From an uncultured Polyangiaceae bacterium (GTDB lineage: Bacteria > Myxococcota_A > Polyangia > Polyangiales > Polyangiaceae): DNA of 50,624 nucleotides. The notes under the pieces were generated by a model. The model saw only the letters and a list, made by a program, of their open reading frames with translations, did not search any database and was not told the origin of the DNA. Positions 37,612 through 46,415 of this stretch are shown here, piece after piece (the first letter of the stretch is position 1; each line of letters starts with the position of its first letter). The translations under genes and the position numbers were made by a program. The DNA is taken from assembly GCA_964488865.1 (NCBI GenBank), contig CAZAWR010000074.1:1-50624 (forward strand). The letters are read 5' to 3'.

Positions 37612-38409
37612 ATGGCCATCGAGATCAAGAGCCCCCGAGAGATCGAGGCAATCCGCGTCAGCAGCCAGATGGCTGCCGACACCCTGCAACGGGTTGCAGA
37701 GATCCTTCGCCCAGGCATCACCACCGACCAGATCAACGCCTTCGTCCACGAGGACACCGTGCGCCGCGGCGCGACCCCCTCGCCCCTGAATTACCACGGC
37801 TACCCGAAGAGCGTTTGCACCTCCATCAACGAGGTCGTCTGCCACGGCATCCCGAGCGCCCGAAAACTCATCCCCGGCGACATCATCAACGTCGACATCA
37901 CCACCTTCTTCAACGGCTTTCACGGCGACACCTCCGCCACCTTCTACATCGGTGAGCCGTCCCCCGAAGCCAAGCACGTCACCGAGGTCGCCCGGCGTAG
38001 CCTCGACCTCGCACTCGCCGAGGTCAAAGACGGCGCACGCCTCGGCGACGTCGGCGCCGTCATCCAGGAATTCGCCGAGGCCCAAGGCTGCTCCGTCGTC
38101 CGACAGTTCGTCGGCCATGGCATCGGCCGCAAGTTCCACGAACCCCCGCAGGTCGCCCACTTCGGCAAGCGTGGCAAAGGCGACCGTGTCCGAACGGGCA
38201 TGGTCTTCACCATCGAACCCATGATCAACCTGGGCGGCTGGGAAGTCGAAGTCCTCGACGACGAGTGGACCGCCGTCACACGCGACCGCGCCCTCTCCGC
38301 CCAGTTCGAGCACACCATCGCCGTCACCAAGACCGGCTGCGACGTGCTCACCCGCCGCCCCAAACCGCTGACCAACAGCGAGCTGTTCCCCAACTTCTTC
38401 CCGTCCTGA
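37612..38409 (+). CDS. map: Methionine aminopeptidase type I
   Basis: VCHGIP, DIINVDIT, HGIGR and FTIEPM. Confidence 0.9.
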   Translation: MAIEIKSPREIEAIRVSSQMAADTLQRVAEILRPGITTDQINAFVHEDTVRRGATPSPLNYHGYPKSVCTSINEVVCHGIPSARKLIPGDIINVDITTFFNGFHGDTSATFYIGEPSPEAKHVTEVARRSLDLALAEVKDGARLGDVGAVIQEFAEAQGCSVVRQFVGHGIGRKFHEPPQVAHFGKRGKGDRVRTGMVFTIEPMINLGGWEVEVLDDEWTAVTRDRALSAQFEHTIAVTKTGCDVLTRRPKPLTNSELFPNFFPS

Positions 38410-38455
38410 CCCGCCCGAACATCCCGCACGATCGGCGGTAGCACACCCGCTTCGG

Positions 38456-39982
38456 GTGTCGTACGTTCCTCCGCCGACCATGACCCTCTCCCAAGAATCC
38501 CGCACGCGGATCAGCCCCTTCGTCTCCAACCTCGACCGGCCCGTGTTCGCCATCACCGGCCTGCCCGAAGAGGTCATCGCCGTCCTGCTCGCCTACTACT
38601 CCCGCAGCCGCGACGATCTTCGCACCAACCTCGATCGCCTGATCGCCGACGACACCCTCGGCATCAGCGCCCCCTCCGCAACGACCCCCTCCCGCGCCGA
38701 AGACAAAGCCCGCGCCTTCCACGAAAAGTGGGTGGTCGGATACGGACACGCCTCCGTCGCCGAACACGCCGTCGTCCACCTCGCCATCGAACAGGTGTCC
38801 ATCGTCGCCTCCAAGGTGATCGAAGACCTGCGACTGGGCTCCTATACCGAAAAGAGCACCCGGTACGTCGTGTTCGACACCGGCTCTTTCGCGGATCTCC
38901 CGGCGCTGCCCGAACCGCTGCGCGACGACTACCGCACCGCCTGCAAGAACCTGTTCTCCACATACCTCGATCTGTTTCCCGCGGTCGAAGCTCGGCTCGA
39001 GCAGCTCGTCCCCACCGAGAAGGGACAGTCCCCCACGCGACGCGCCGCCGCCATTCGCGCGCATGCTTGCGACCTGCTCCGCGGCTTGCTGCCCGCCAGC
39101 ACCCTCACCAACCTCGGCATCACCGCCAACGCGCGCGCCCTCGGCATGCTCCTGAGCAAAATGCTCTCCTCACCCCTCGCCGAGGTTCGCCACGTCGCCG
39201 AGCAGATGCGCACCGAAGCCGCTACCGTCGCGCCAACCCTGCTTCGACACGTCGAGACAATCCCGTACCGCGAGACCCTCCGCGATTCGATCGCCGACAC
39301 CATCCCGTGGAACCTGGTCGTTCCCCCCGCGGACTCACCGACCGCTCCCGTACGCATCATCCGCCACGATAGCGACGCCCTCCAGCGGGTCGTCCTGGCC
39401 CTCTGCTACGACCTGGCCGTGCAGCCCCACGCGGGCGATCGGATGGCAATGCTCGACCGGCAGGACGACACCACCCTCGCCTCGATCGTTCGGGCGGCCT
39501 TCGCCAACCGGGGACCCCACGACCCCGCCCCCCGCGCGATGGAGTCGTCGAGCCTCACGGTCGAACTCGAGCTCGACTACGGAGCCTACCGCGACCTGCA
39601 ACGTCACCGTATGCTCACGCCCACCACGCAGGTGCTCGGCTGCACCCTCGGCCCCACCCTGCCCGAGGACCTCCGAGCCCTCGGCATCCACGACCGGTAC
39701 GAGCAAGCCCTCGACGGTGTGAGGCCCGCATGGGAACGGCTGGCTACCCATGACCCCGTCGCCGCACAGTATGTGGTTCCCCTGGCCTATCGGGTCCGCA
39801 CGCTCTGGACGCTCAACCTGCGCGAACTCTTCCACGTGGTCGAGCTGCGCAGCGCGCGCCAAGGACATGCGAACTACCGTCGCGTGGCTCAAGCGCTGTA
39901 CCGCGAGGTCTGCCAGGTTCACCCGTGGCTGGCCGACCTGATCCGCGTGGACCTCGCGGACCACGCGATCGCGCGAAGCTAG
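38456..39982 (+). CDS. ThyX-like flavin-dependent thymidylate synthase, long form with a duplicated domain
   Basis: Two RHR-type signatures (LRLGSYTEKSTRY and LQRHRMLTPTTQ) in a 508-aa protein. Assignment is tentative. Confidence 0.5.
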   Translation: MSYVPPPTMTLSQESRTRISPFVSNLDRPVFAITGLPEEVIAVLLAYYSRSRDDLRTNLDRLIADDTLGISAPSATTPSRAEDKARAFHEKWVVGYGHASVAEHAVVHLAIEQVSIVASKVIEDLRLGSYTEKSTRYVVFDTGSFADLPALPEPLRDDYRTACKNLFSTYLDLFPAVEARLEQLVPTEKGQSPTRRAAAIRAHACDLLRGLLPASTLTNLGITANARALGMLLSKMLSSPLAEVRHVAEQMRTEAATVAPTLLRHVETIPYRETLRDSIADTIPWNLVVPPADSPTAPVRIIRHDSDALQRVVLALCYDLAVQPHAGDRMAMLDRQDDTTLASIVRAAFANRGPHDPAPRAMESSSLTVELELDYGAYRDLQRHRMLTPTTQVLGCTLGPTLPEDLRALGIHDRYEQALDGVRPAWERLATHDPVAAQYVVPLAYRVRTLWTLNLRELFHVVELRSARQGHANYRRVAQALYREVCQVHPWLADLIRVDLADHAIARS

Positions 39983-40057
39983 GCTTCCCCTCCCTGTGCT
40001 ACGCCCGCACCACAAAAAGCAAACGGCTGATTCTCTTTCGAAAACCAGCCGTCTGGG

Positions 40058-40131
40058 TCGGGGCGAGAGGATTTGAACCTCCGACACCACGGTCCCGAAC
40101 CGTGTGCGCTACCAGGCTGCGCTACGCCCCG
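40058..40131 (-). tRNA. tRNA-Pro (anticodon CGG)
   Basis: Hand-folded: acceptor CGGGGCG/CGCCCCG, D-arm GCGC-AGCCTGGTA-GCGC, anticodon loop TTCGGGA, T-arm GGAGG-TTCAAAT-CCTCT. Closely resembles E. coli proK. Confidence 0.85.
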
Positions 40132-40159
40132 AGAGGGCCTGCCACCCTACCGGGCGACA

Positions 40160-40789
40160 TCAATCAGGGGGCGCAGCATGGTTGGCGACGCTCCCTATGT
40201 CAAGCCGCTCGTCTGCTACCCTGACACTTTCCTCTCCGTGGCGCCATGACCGAACCGCACTTTCCCGCTTGTCCCCTGTCCCGAGCGCCAGCACGCGCTC
40301 CGAGGCGGTGCCCTTGAGAAGCGACGCGAGCACCTCCGCCACGCTCTTGCCCCCAAGGATCGCCAGCGGCGCCATCGACTGGGCCACCCGCTCCACCATC
40401 GCCCGGTCCCCGAACGCTTGCCCCACCCGCTTGATCGCGTGCCGCAACCAGGACCGCATGTGGTCCGTCAGGAACTTCACGTAGTTCTCCACGTTGAACC
40501 AGCGGTTCGGGTCCCCCTCCAAGTTCACGCGGTACGACAGACGCACGTGCACCGTGCAGGTGTCCTTCGTCTCCGCCTTCACGATGTCCGACACCTTGTT
40601 GTGCAGCGCGCGCACGTACACCGTCTGCAACAGCTTGTCGTCGTTCTTGGGCGTGCCCGTCGACAGCACCATGCCCTCCAGCGTCTCGTCGTACTCGAGC
40701 AGGTGCGTGGCAGGTCCGACGATGACCTTGCGGCTCCCGCTCTTGCTCACCGCCAGGACCGCATACCCGGTCCACACCGAGATGGTCAC
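40160..40789 (-). CDS. Hypothetical protein
   Basis: High-GC3 ORF with no recognised motif. Confidence 0.4.
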   Translation of the reverse strand: MTISVWTGYAVLAVSKSGSRKVIVGPATHLLEYDETLEGMVLSTGTPKNDDKLLQTVYVRALHNKVSDIVKAETKDTCTVHVRLSYRVNLEGDPNRWFNVENYVKFLTDHMRSWLRHAIKRVGQAFGDRAMVERVAQSMAPLAILGGKSVAEVLASLLKGTASERVLALGTGDKRESAVRSWRHGEESVRVADERLDIGSVANHAAPPD

Positions 40790-40863
40790 GGCCCCTTCGT
40801 ACTTGGTGCCGAGGGTGATCGTGCGCGGCGGCGTGAACTGCGTCCTGAGGCCCGGGTCTCGAG

Positions 40864-40877
40864 GGGCACGTGCCCCA
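40864..40877. promoter_or_regulatory. Perfect 14-bp palindrome GGGGCACGTGCCCC about 80 bp upstream of the 40789 start
   Basis: Seen in sequence. Candidate operator or hairpin. Confidence 0.35.
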
Positions 40878-40968
40878 TCGTGAATCGAACCCTGGCAGAA
40901 TCACTGCGGAGAATCCAGCCACAAGCTGCCGGCGGGATCGCAGAAAAGCGGGCACGAATAGACGAGAG

Positions 40969-41781
40969 CTACGGACGCGACGGCGCCGAGGTGGCCGCGG
41001 GGGCACCCGATGCCGACGCCGATGCCGACGCCGATGCCGACGCCGATGCCGACGCCGATGCTGGCGGATCTCCCGCGCCCGGTCCCACCGAGTCGATCAT
41101 GCGCAAGAACGCCTCTCTCGCCCCGTGCACGGTGGCTTGAGGACCGAGGAGCTTGAAGTAGTACGGGCCCATGGGCGTCTCTACGATCGCACCCACGAGC
41201 GACCATCCCGGGTGTTCGGTGGCCTTGTCGGCCGACTCCATACCCATCCCGGTAGGCTTGTACGTTCCCGACGTCTCCACCACGTGCACCAGGTTGGGTC
41301 CCGCGCGTCGCTGGGATCGCTTCGCCTGCGCCGCGCCATCGAAAGAAGAAACCCAGCGCTGGAGGGTCTCGTCCACGGCCAAGGCGGCGGGGCCGAGGTG
41401 AAATACCGAAACCTCCGCGGGCACGCCGCCAGGTTCCAGCGACGGCACGCGGTACTCGGCCAGACGCATGGGGCTCGAGGGCGGCACCTGCGACCAACCC
41501 TCCGGTAGGTCCCATCGCAGGGCGGGAGCCTCCGCAGCGGGAGATTTCGACTCCGCCATCGGTGCGGCTGCGGAGCCCACAGGTCTGGCCACGCCGTCCA
41601 CGAACACCACGGTCGGCTTCCGGGAGGCATTGGGGCGAAGCACGGCCGGGTCGTTGAACCGGGTATCGACGGGGGCATCGGTGTTGCAGCCGATCGCGAC
41701 CGACGCCGCAACCAGGACGAAGCCCACAGCGCGAGAAGAGCGGCTTCTACGCGAGAATCGGCAAAGCGACGAGCTGGACAT
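40969..41781 (-). CDS. Lipoprotein with a C-terminal (Ala-Ser)n repeat
   Basis: Signal/lipobox MSSSSLCRFSRRSRSSRAVGFVLVAASVAIGC. The (AS)10 run is encoded by (GATGCCGACGCC)n at 41009-41062. Start overlaps the end of serA by about 35 nt. Confidence 0.45.
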   Translation of the reverse strand: MSSSSLCRFSRRSRSSRAVGFVLVAASVAIGCNTDAPVDTRFNDPAVLRPNASRKPTVVFVDGVARPVGSAAAPMAESKSPAAEAPALRWDLPEGWSQVPPSSPMRLAEYRVPSLEPGGVPAEVSVFHLGPAALAVDETLQRWVSSFDGAAQAKRSQRRAGPNLVHVVETSGTYKPTGMGMESADKATEHPGWSLVGAIVETPMGPYYFKLLGPQATVHGAREAFLRMIDSVGPGAGDPPASASASASASASASASASGAPAATSAPSRP

Positions 41782-42961
41782 GCAGTACCTCGTCGTGGAA
41801 CGCGCTGATCTCCTGCAGGCAATGCTCGGTCGGACGCGCCACGACGTTAATGCGCGTGCATGCGGCAGAGGAGTGGTCGAAGACGTTGGTCTTGAGCTCT
41901 TCCACGTTGATGCCGTGTCTCTTGAGCACGTTGAGCGCGTTGGCAAGCGCGCCGATCTTGTCGTAGTGCCGGACCACGATCTGGTAGCGCGCGCTGTGGA
42001 CCGTGCGAACGTTCACCGCGTTGGGGACCGATCCCTCGACGAGGAAGCCACGGACGATGCGGACGGTCTCGGCCGCCACGGCTCGTTTGGCCTCCTGGGT
42101 CTGCGAACCGATGTGGGGCGTGCCGTACCAGATGACGTCGGGGGCGAACGCGGGCGGCGTGAAGGTTGCCACCGGAACGTGGGGGAAGTCGGCGTAGACG
42201 TCGAGCCCCACCCGCAGGGCCTTGGTGGAGGCCAGCTGGAGCAGGGCGTCATAGTCGACGAGTTCGCTTCGCGCGACATTGATGACGGTCGCACCGTCAG
42301 GAAGCGCCTCGAGCACGTCCCGAGAGACGATGCCTTGCGTACGATCGCTCGCCGCGAGATGGACGGTGAGGACGTCAACCTTGGAAGCCAGCTCCTTGGG
42401 CGACTTGGCCGGGGTGACGTCGAGCTCCTTGGCGCGCGCCGCGGTCAGACCGCGAGACCAGGCAAACGGGATCATGCCGAAGGCCTTGGCACGTTCGAGC
42501 ACCTCGCGACCGACCGCCCCCAAGCCCAGAATGCCGATGCGTTTCCCCTTCAAGCCTGCGGCTTCCGCGAAGCTCCCCTTCTCCCAGCGCCCCGCGCGGA
42601 TCGACTGCGCTGCGTCCGGGATGCGACGGTCCAACGACAGCATCAGCGCCATGGTGAGTTCCGCCACGGCGACGGCGTTCTTGCCCTTGCAGGCGGCCAC
42701 GTAGATGCCGCGCGCGGAGGCGGCTTCGACGTCGATGTTGCCCACGCCGTGGCCGGCCCGGACGATGAGGTTGAGCTGGTTGGAGGCCTCGATGGTCTTG
42801 GTCGTGACCCGCTTGGAGCGCACGACAAGGATGCCGACGTTCTGGATGGCGTCGGGCAAGGTGTCGCTGTCGAGCTCGGGCTCGTAGATGACCTCGACAC
42901 CGAGGTGTCGGAGCTCTTCGATCCCGAGGGGGTGAAGTGTGTCGGCAATGAGCAAGCGCAT
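41747..42961 (-). CDS. serA: D-3-phosphoglycerate dehydrogenase (with C-terminal ACT domain)
   Basis: GILGLGAVGREV is the NAD-binding motif. 2-hydroxyacid dehydrogenase catalytic residues are present, followed by a C-terminal ACT-like region. Confidence 0.8.
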   Translation of the reverse strand: MRLLIADTLHPLGIEELRHLGVEVIYEPELDSDTLPDAIQNVGILVVRSKRVTTKTIEASNQLNLIVRAGHGVGNIDVEAASARGIYVAACKGKNAVAVAELTMALMLSLDRRIPDAAQSIRAGRWEKGSFAEAAGLKGKRIGILGLGAVGREVLERAKAFGMIPFAWSRGLTAARAKELDVTPAKSPKELASKVDVLTVHLAASDRTQGIVSRDVLEALPDGATVINVARSELVDYDALLQLASTKALRVGLDVYADFPHVPVATFTPPAFAPDVIWYGTPHIGSQTQEAKRAVAAETVRIVRGFLVEGSVPNAVNVRTVHSARYQIVVRHYDKIGALANALNVLKRHGINVEELKTNVFDHSSAACTRINVVARPTEHCLQEISAFHDEVLHVQLVALPILA

Positions 42962-43198
42962 GGTTGCGGAGCGGCAAGGTAACACAGGCCAAGGGGGTTT
43001 CCCATGGCGGCGGTCGGGGGAAACGTGATTCCCGGCGAACGGCGCGATCGTCGCGATCGTCGACTCGACCTGACGTCACGACCGCGGGTTCGCGACCGCG
43101 GTCCGCTCTCACGTGGGACCATGGCCGGTCCGCCCAGAACGTTGGTGACGTCCCCAGCTCGACGAAGCCAGAAAACCACGTCGCAACGATTGGAAATC

Positions 43199-43235
43199 TG
43201 GCACGCCCGGGGGGACTCGAACCCACGACCCGCGG
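43199..43235 (-). ncRNA. tRNA 3'-end fragment (CCA, discriminator, 7-nt acceptor strand, T-arm GTGGG-TTCGAGT-CCCCC), pseudo-tRNA/att-like remnant
   Basis: Plus strand reads TGG-C-ACGCCCG-GGGGG-ACTCGAA-CCCAC. No matching 5' acceptor, D-arm or anticodon arm lies within 100 nt upstream. Confidence 0.45.
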
Positions 43236-43626
43236 CTTAGAAGAAGTCGTTAACGAGTCACAATTGCCTTGTTTTGAAGCACATTGCGAACAGGCAGGCC
43301 CGACCTCGAGGCACGCTGATTCGCAGGGTTACGAACCGCCCGATCGTACTGTCCGGCATTCTGTCCGCGCCACGTTGCTCCACGCCCTCCGTGTGGCCGC
43401 CGAGGCGGGCGACGCGAAGACCGTGGCCTTGCTCGCCGAGGAGCTCCGTGTTGCGCGGCTCGAGCGGTGTGCAGCCGCGGGGAGTCGGCCTTCTTGTGTT
43501 CGCTCTGACGAGGGCGAGGGCGGCGAGCCGGGGTGAGATCGAAGAGCACGCTGCCTCGGATACGCGCCAAGACTGAACCCTCACAAGAAGCCCGCGACGA
43601 CTTGGCCAGCCCCGCAGGCAAGCTGC

Positions 43627-44487
43627 CTATTCGGTTGCATTGCAGTGACCAAGGTACGGGTAGTAGTAGATGTGGAAGTTGCGCGCTGGCGCGTTGGGAT
43701 CGGCTGTTTCGATCACGATGGTTTGCTCATCGCCGTCGTCAGCCGAGCAACTGCCGTCGAGATTGTTTGAGCAGCCCACGCCAATTCGCTCGTGGGAGAT
43801 GTACCAGGGAGCCATCTCGTTTTCGGCGTCCTCGTGTGCAAAGTACACGGGAAACGAAGATCCACCGTCGGTACGTATCGGGATCCGTATCTGAGCTACG
43901 GACCCGGGGCGCGAACAGCCTCCGCAGTCCAGCTTCGTCCCAGGACGCGACGGCGTCCTCACCCAAACTCCTCCCGTGGAGGGGTCGAAGGGGTCCTCAG
44001 GAGTCAGGTCCTCCTCCCCCAGCGGTGGCAACTCGATCACCTCCGGCTCCGCTTCGCTGCACACACCCGCCGGGTTGTACGTCCCACAGGCCTTGTCCCC
44101 GTTGACGACATAGACGACCCCGTCGAGACACGCGTCATCGTCAGGGTGAGGTTCAGGCTGCGCATCCAGGCCCGCGTCACCGTCCTGGCCGGCAGCAGCG
44201 CCCACCCCGGCCGCACCTCCTTCCCCAGCACCCGCCCCAGCCCCAGATGCTCCTCCGCTCGCTCCGGACCCGCCGCCGGTCCCTCCCGTCGCACCTCCGG
44301 CACTGCCCCCCGCACCTGACATCCCCCCGTCTGGTTCCACAGGCACGCACGCGTTGAGGTCCGGGTCCATCCGCGTCCCGGGACCGCACGTGCCGTAGTT
44401 GTTCGTCGTCGTGTCGCCGCCGCATGCCACCATCAGCACCCAGCTCGCTCCAGCAGCCGCTCCCAGCCATCTCACTTGCGACATCAC
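43627..44487 (-). CDS. Lipoprotein with a Gly-rich linker and a C-terminal Cys-containing domain (hypothetical)
   Basis: MMSQVRWLGAAAGASWVLMVACGG. Confidence 0.5.
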   Translation of the reverse strand: MMSQVRWLGAAAGASWVLMVACGGDTTTNNYGTCGPGTRMDPDLNACVPVEPDGGMSGAGGSAGGATGGTGGGSGASGGASGAGAGAGEGGAAGVGAAAGQDGDAGLDAQPEPHPDDDACLDGVVYVVNGDKACGTYNPAGVCSEAEPEVIELPPLGEEDLTPEDPFDPSTGGVWVRTPSRPGTKLDCGGCSRPGSVAQIRIPIRTDGGSSFPVYFAHEDAENEMAPWYISHERIGVGCSNNLDGSCSADDGDEQTIVIETADPNAPARNFHIYYYPYLGHCNATE

Positions 44488-44576
44488 TTCCTCCTCGCCT
44501 CCCTCACATCTCCACCGGACGCACCACCGGCGTCCTCATGATAGATCTTTCCCCGTTCGTTCGGGGATGGGCCGCA

Positions 44577-45485
44577 TCAGCGCGGTACCCCTGCCTTGTC
44601 GAGAATCTCGTTGAGCTCGTCGTCGGCCAGTTCGCGAATGGCCCACACCTCGGACAGAGGTGGGAACGCTGGGTCGGCAGTCTCGACGGCCTCCTTGAGC
44701 AACCGGACAGCTCCGAAGCGATCGCCGCGAACGAGCGACGAGCGAGCAGCCAGTCCTAACCAAAGTCCACGAGCCGTGGTCGGGCCCTCCCTACCGCGCT
44801 GCACGATGATCTCGGGAGCTACCTGTCCCCGCTCGACGAGCTCCAGCGCGTCCGGGGTGCAACCATATCGAGTCGCGCACCGGAAGAGGATGTCGCCGTC
44901 GACCCCCATTTGCATCAGCATCTGAAGCGTGTTGCGCGTTCGATGGTAGAACACGTCGTCTGGCGTGAACTGCATCAGTCGGTCCCAGGCGTCGACGGAC
45001 GGGGCGCGGGCGAACGCCAGGACCGCTTCCTGCCAGCCGTCCGGCGGTGCGCCAACCGACTCGAGTGCGGCCTCGATCCGCTTGCGCTCCGGACAGTCTG
45101 CCTCGCTCAGCACGTACCGCGCCATGACCGCGGCCATGTGGCTTCGACCGTACCGGACGAGGTGCTCGATGTACGGGGCGGGGCTGTCTGCGTAGTCGCG
45201 CCAGTCGGCGAGCAACTGCGCCAGCAACTCGTCGGGGCTGCCGCGCCGCGCGGTGCACTCCGCAGCGAGCCGTCTCAGGATGGTGCGCCTGCGCTCGAGC
45301 TCGGAGCCACGAGAGGGTTGAAGGGGCGTGGGCAGTGCGTCCAGCGTGGCGCGGGCCCAGTGCTCGACCAACACCAGGTCGTCATCGCCCACGTCGTCCA
45401 GCCACTCCACTACTTCTTCGGGACGGGCCTCGTCACCTGCAACGAACTCGTCGACACGGGCCTCGAGATTCTCGACCACGTTCAT
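44577..45485 (-). CDS. Hypothetical cytoplasmic acidic protein
   Basis: High-GC3 ORF. Start taken at MNVVENLEA. Confidence 0.45.
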   Translation of the reverse strand: MNVVENLEARVDEFVAGDEARPEEVVEWLDDVGDDDLVLVEHWARATLDALPTPLQPSRGSELERRRTILRRLAAECTARRGSPDELLAQLLADWRDYADSPAPYIEHLVRYGRSHMAAVMARYVLSEADCPERKRIEAALESVGAPPDGWQEAVLAFARAPSVDAWDRLMQFTPDDVFYHRTRNTLQMLMQMGVDGDILFRCATRYGCTPDALELVERGQVAPEIIVQRGREGPTTARGLWLGLAARSSLVRGDRFGAVRLLKEAVETADPAFPPLSEVWAIRELADDELNEILDKAGVPR

Positions 45486-45589
45486 CCTTGAAGTCTCCTT
45501 CGGCAGCCCCACGCGAGGCAGCCGATTTGGTTTCTATGAGGGTTCTTCGGACACGCGGTCGGCTTGGTTGCGCGAAAAGTGATCGAGGG

Positions 45590-46026
45590 CAGGCTTCGCC
45601 TCCCTGCAGCTAGACCAGATGATCCGTCAGTACGTGCTCACCCACGGACAGATTGTCAGGTCGGACGTAGTGGACCTCTGCGGGATCGGGGCGGCCCAAG
45701 CTTCGCGAGTCCTGGCCCGCCTGGTCAAAGAGGAAGAGCTCGCCGCCGAGAGCAAGGTTCGATGGCGCAAGTACCTCCCGGGACCGAAGCTGCAAGGGGG
45801 GACATCATGAGCCGTCATAAACGCGGTTCGGGGCCCATGTCTTCGTAACATACTAAATGCAATAGTTTTTTCTATAAGCGGTCTATCCGCGGACCGCGTA
45901 TAGGAAACGCGCGTATCGAGCCTCGCTTCCACGACAACCTCCCGATTGAGTTGAAGGTTCCATATACGCGGCGCCTATGCGCGCCGCGCATAGACCGCGG
46001 ATAGCCACTCCCCGTGACGCGCAGCC
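45590..46026 (+). repeat. Truncated duplicate of 48578-49044: last ~65 codons of the regulator gene plus its 3' flank
   Basis: About 80-85% identity with indels. The copy includes ccatatacgcggcgcct(a/g)tgcg and atagaccgcggatagcca blocks. Confidence 0.8.
45619..45810 (+). pseudogene. Stand-alone winged-HTH C-terminal fragment (paralogue of residues ~250-314 of the 47862..48806 reading frame)
   Basis: MIRQYVLTHGQIVRSDVVDLCGIGAAQASRVLARLV matches MIRQYVRTHGQIVRSDVVDLCGLGTDQATRLLARLV. An in-frame TGA lies just upstream. Confidence 0.5.
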
Positions 46027-46415
46027 CAGAGGTTGGCCCTGCCGGACGCCAGTCTTGGACCGGCTTCGGAACTGTGGACTCGTGCATAGCGTGTCGAAGA
46101 GCCGGGCAAATCCTGGAATCACGAACAGGGTTGGCTAACCAAACAGGCGGCTAAGAAAGACCCCGCAAAAGGGCCGAAGAAAGCCCCCAAGAAACACCCG
46201 AAACTGCCCGACTGGTCGCGTGGCTCTTTCCTCGGCAGCCTTGCGGTTGGCTGTTGGCTTCGGTGCTGACGGCTGCCCCGAAACCCGCACAGTCCCCGGC
46301 GACTTGTTTGGTCCCTTGGATTCCGGTAGCGTCGCCGTGTGTGCATGGTTTCTGCCGTGTGGGATGCGCGGGTCGATCGCCAGGTGGGCGAAAGCCCCGT
46401 GAGACGGACGCTTCG

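Noticed and set aside
43199-43600. tmRNA (ssrA) on the minus strand
   Set aside because: The 3' end resembles a T-arm plus acceptor, but there is no 5' GGGG acceptor partner, no G-U/discriminator-A alanine identity and no tag ORF ending in Ala-Ala in any frame.
42964-43621. ORFs 42964..43536 (+) and 43250..43621 (-)
   Set aside because: They lie in the non-coding gap with the tRNA fragment and give R/S/P-rich translations. A possible ~60-aa helical ORF (...ATLLHALRVAAEAGDAKTVALLAEEL...) is noted but lacks a start codon or RBS.
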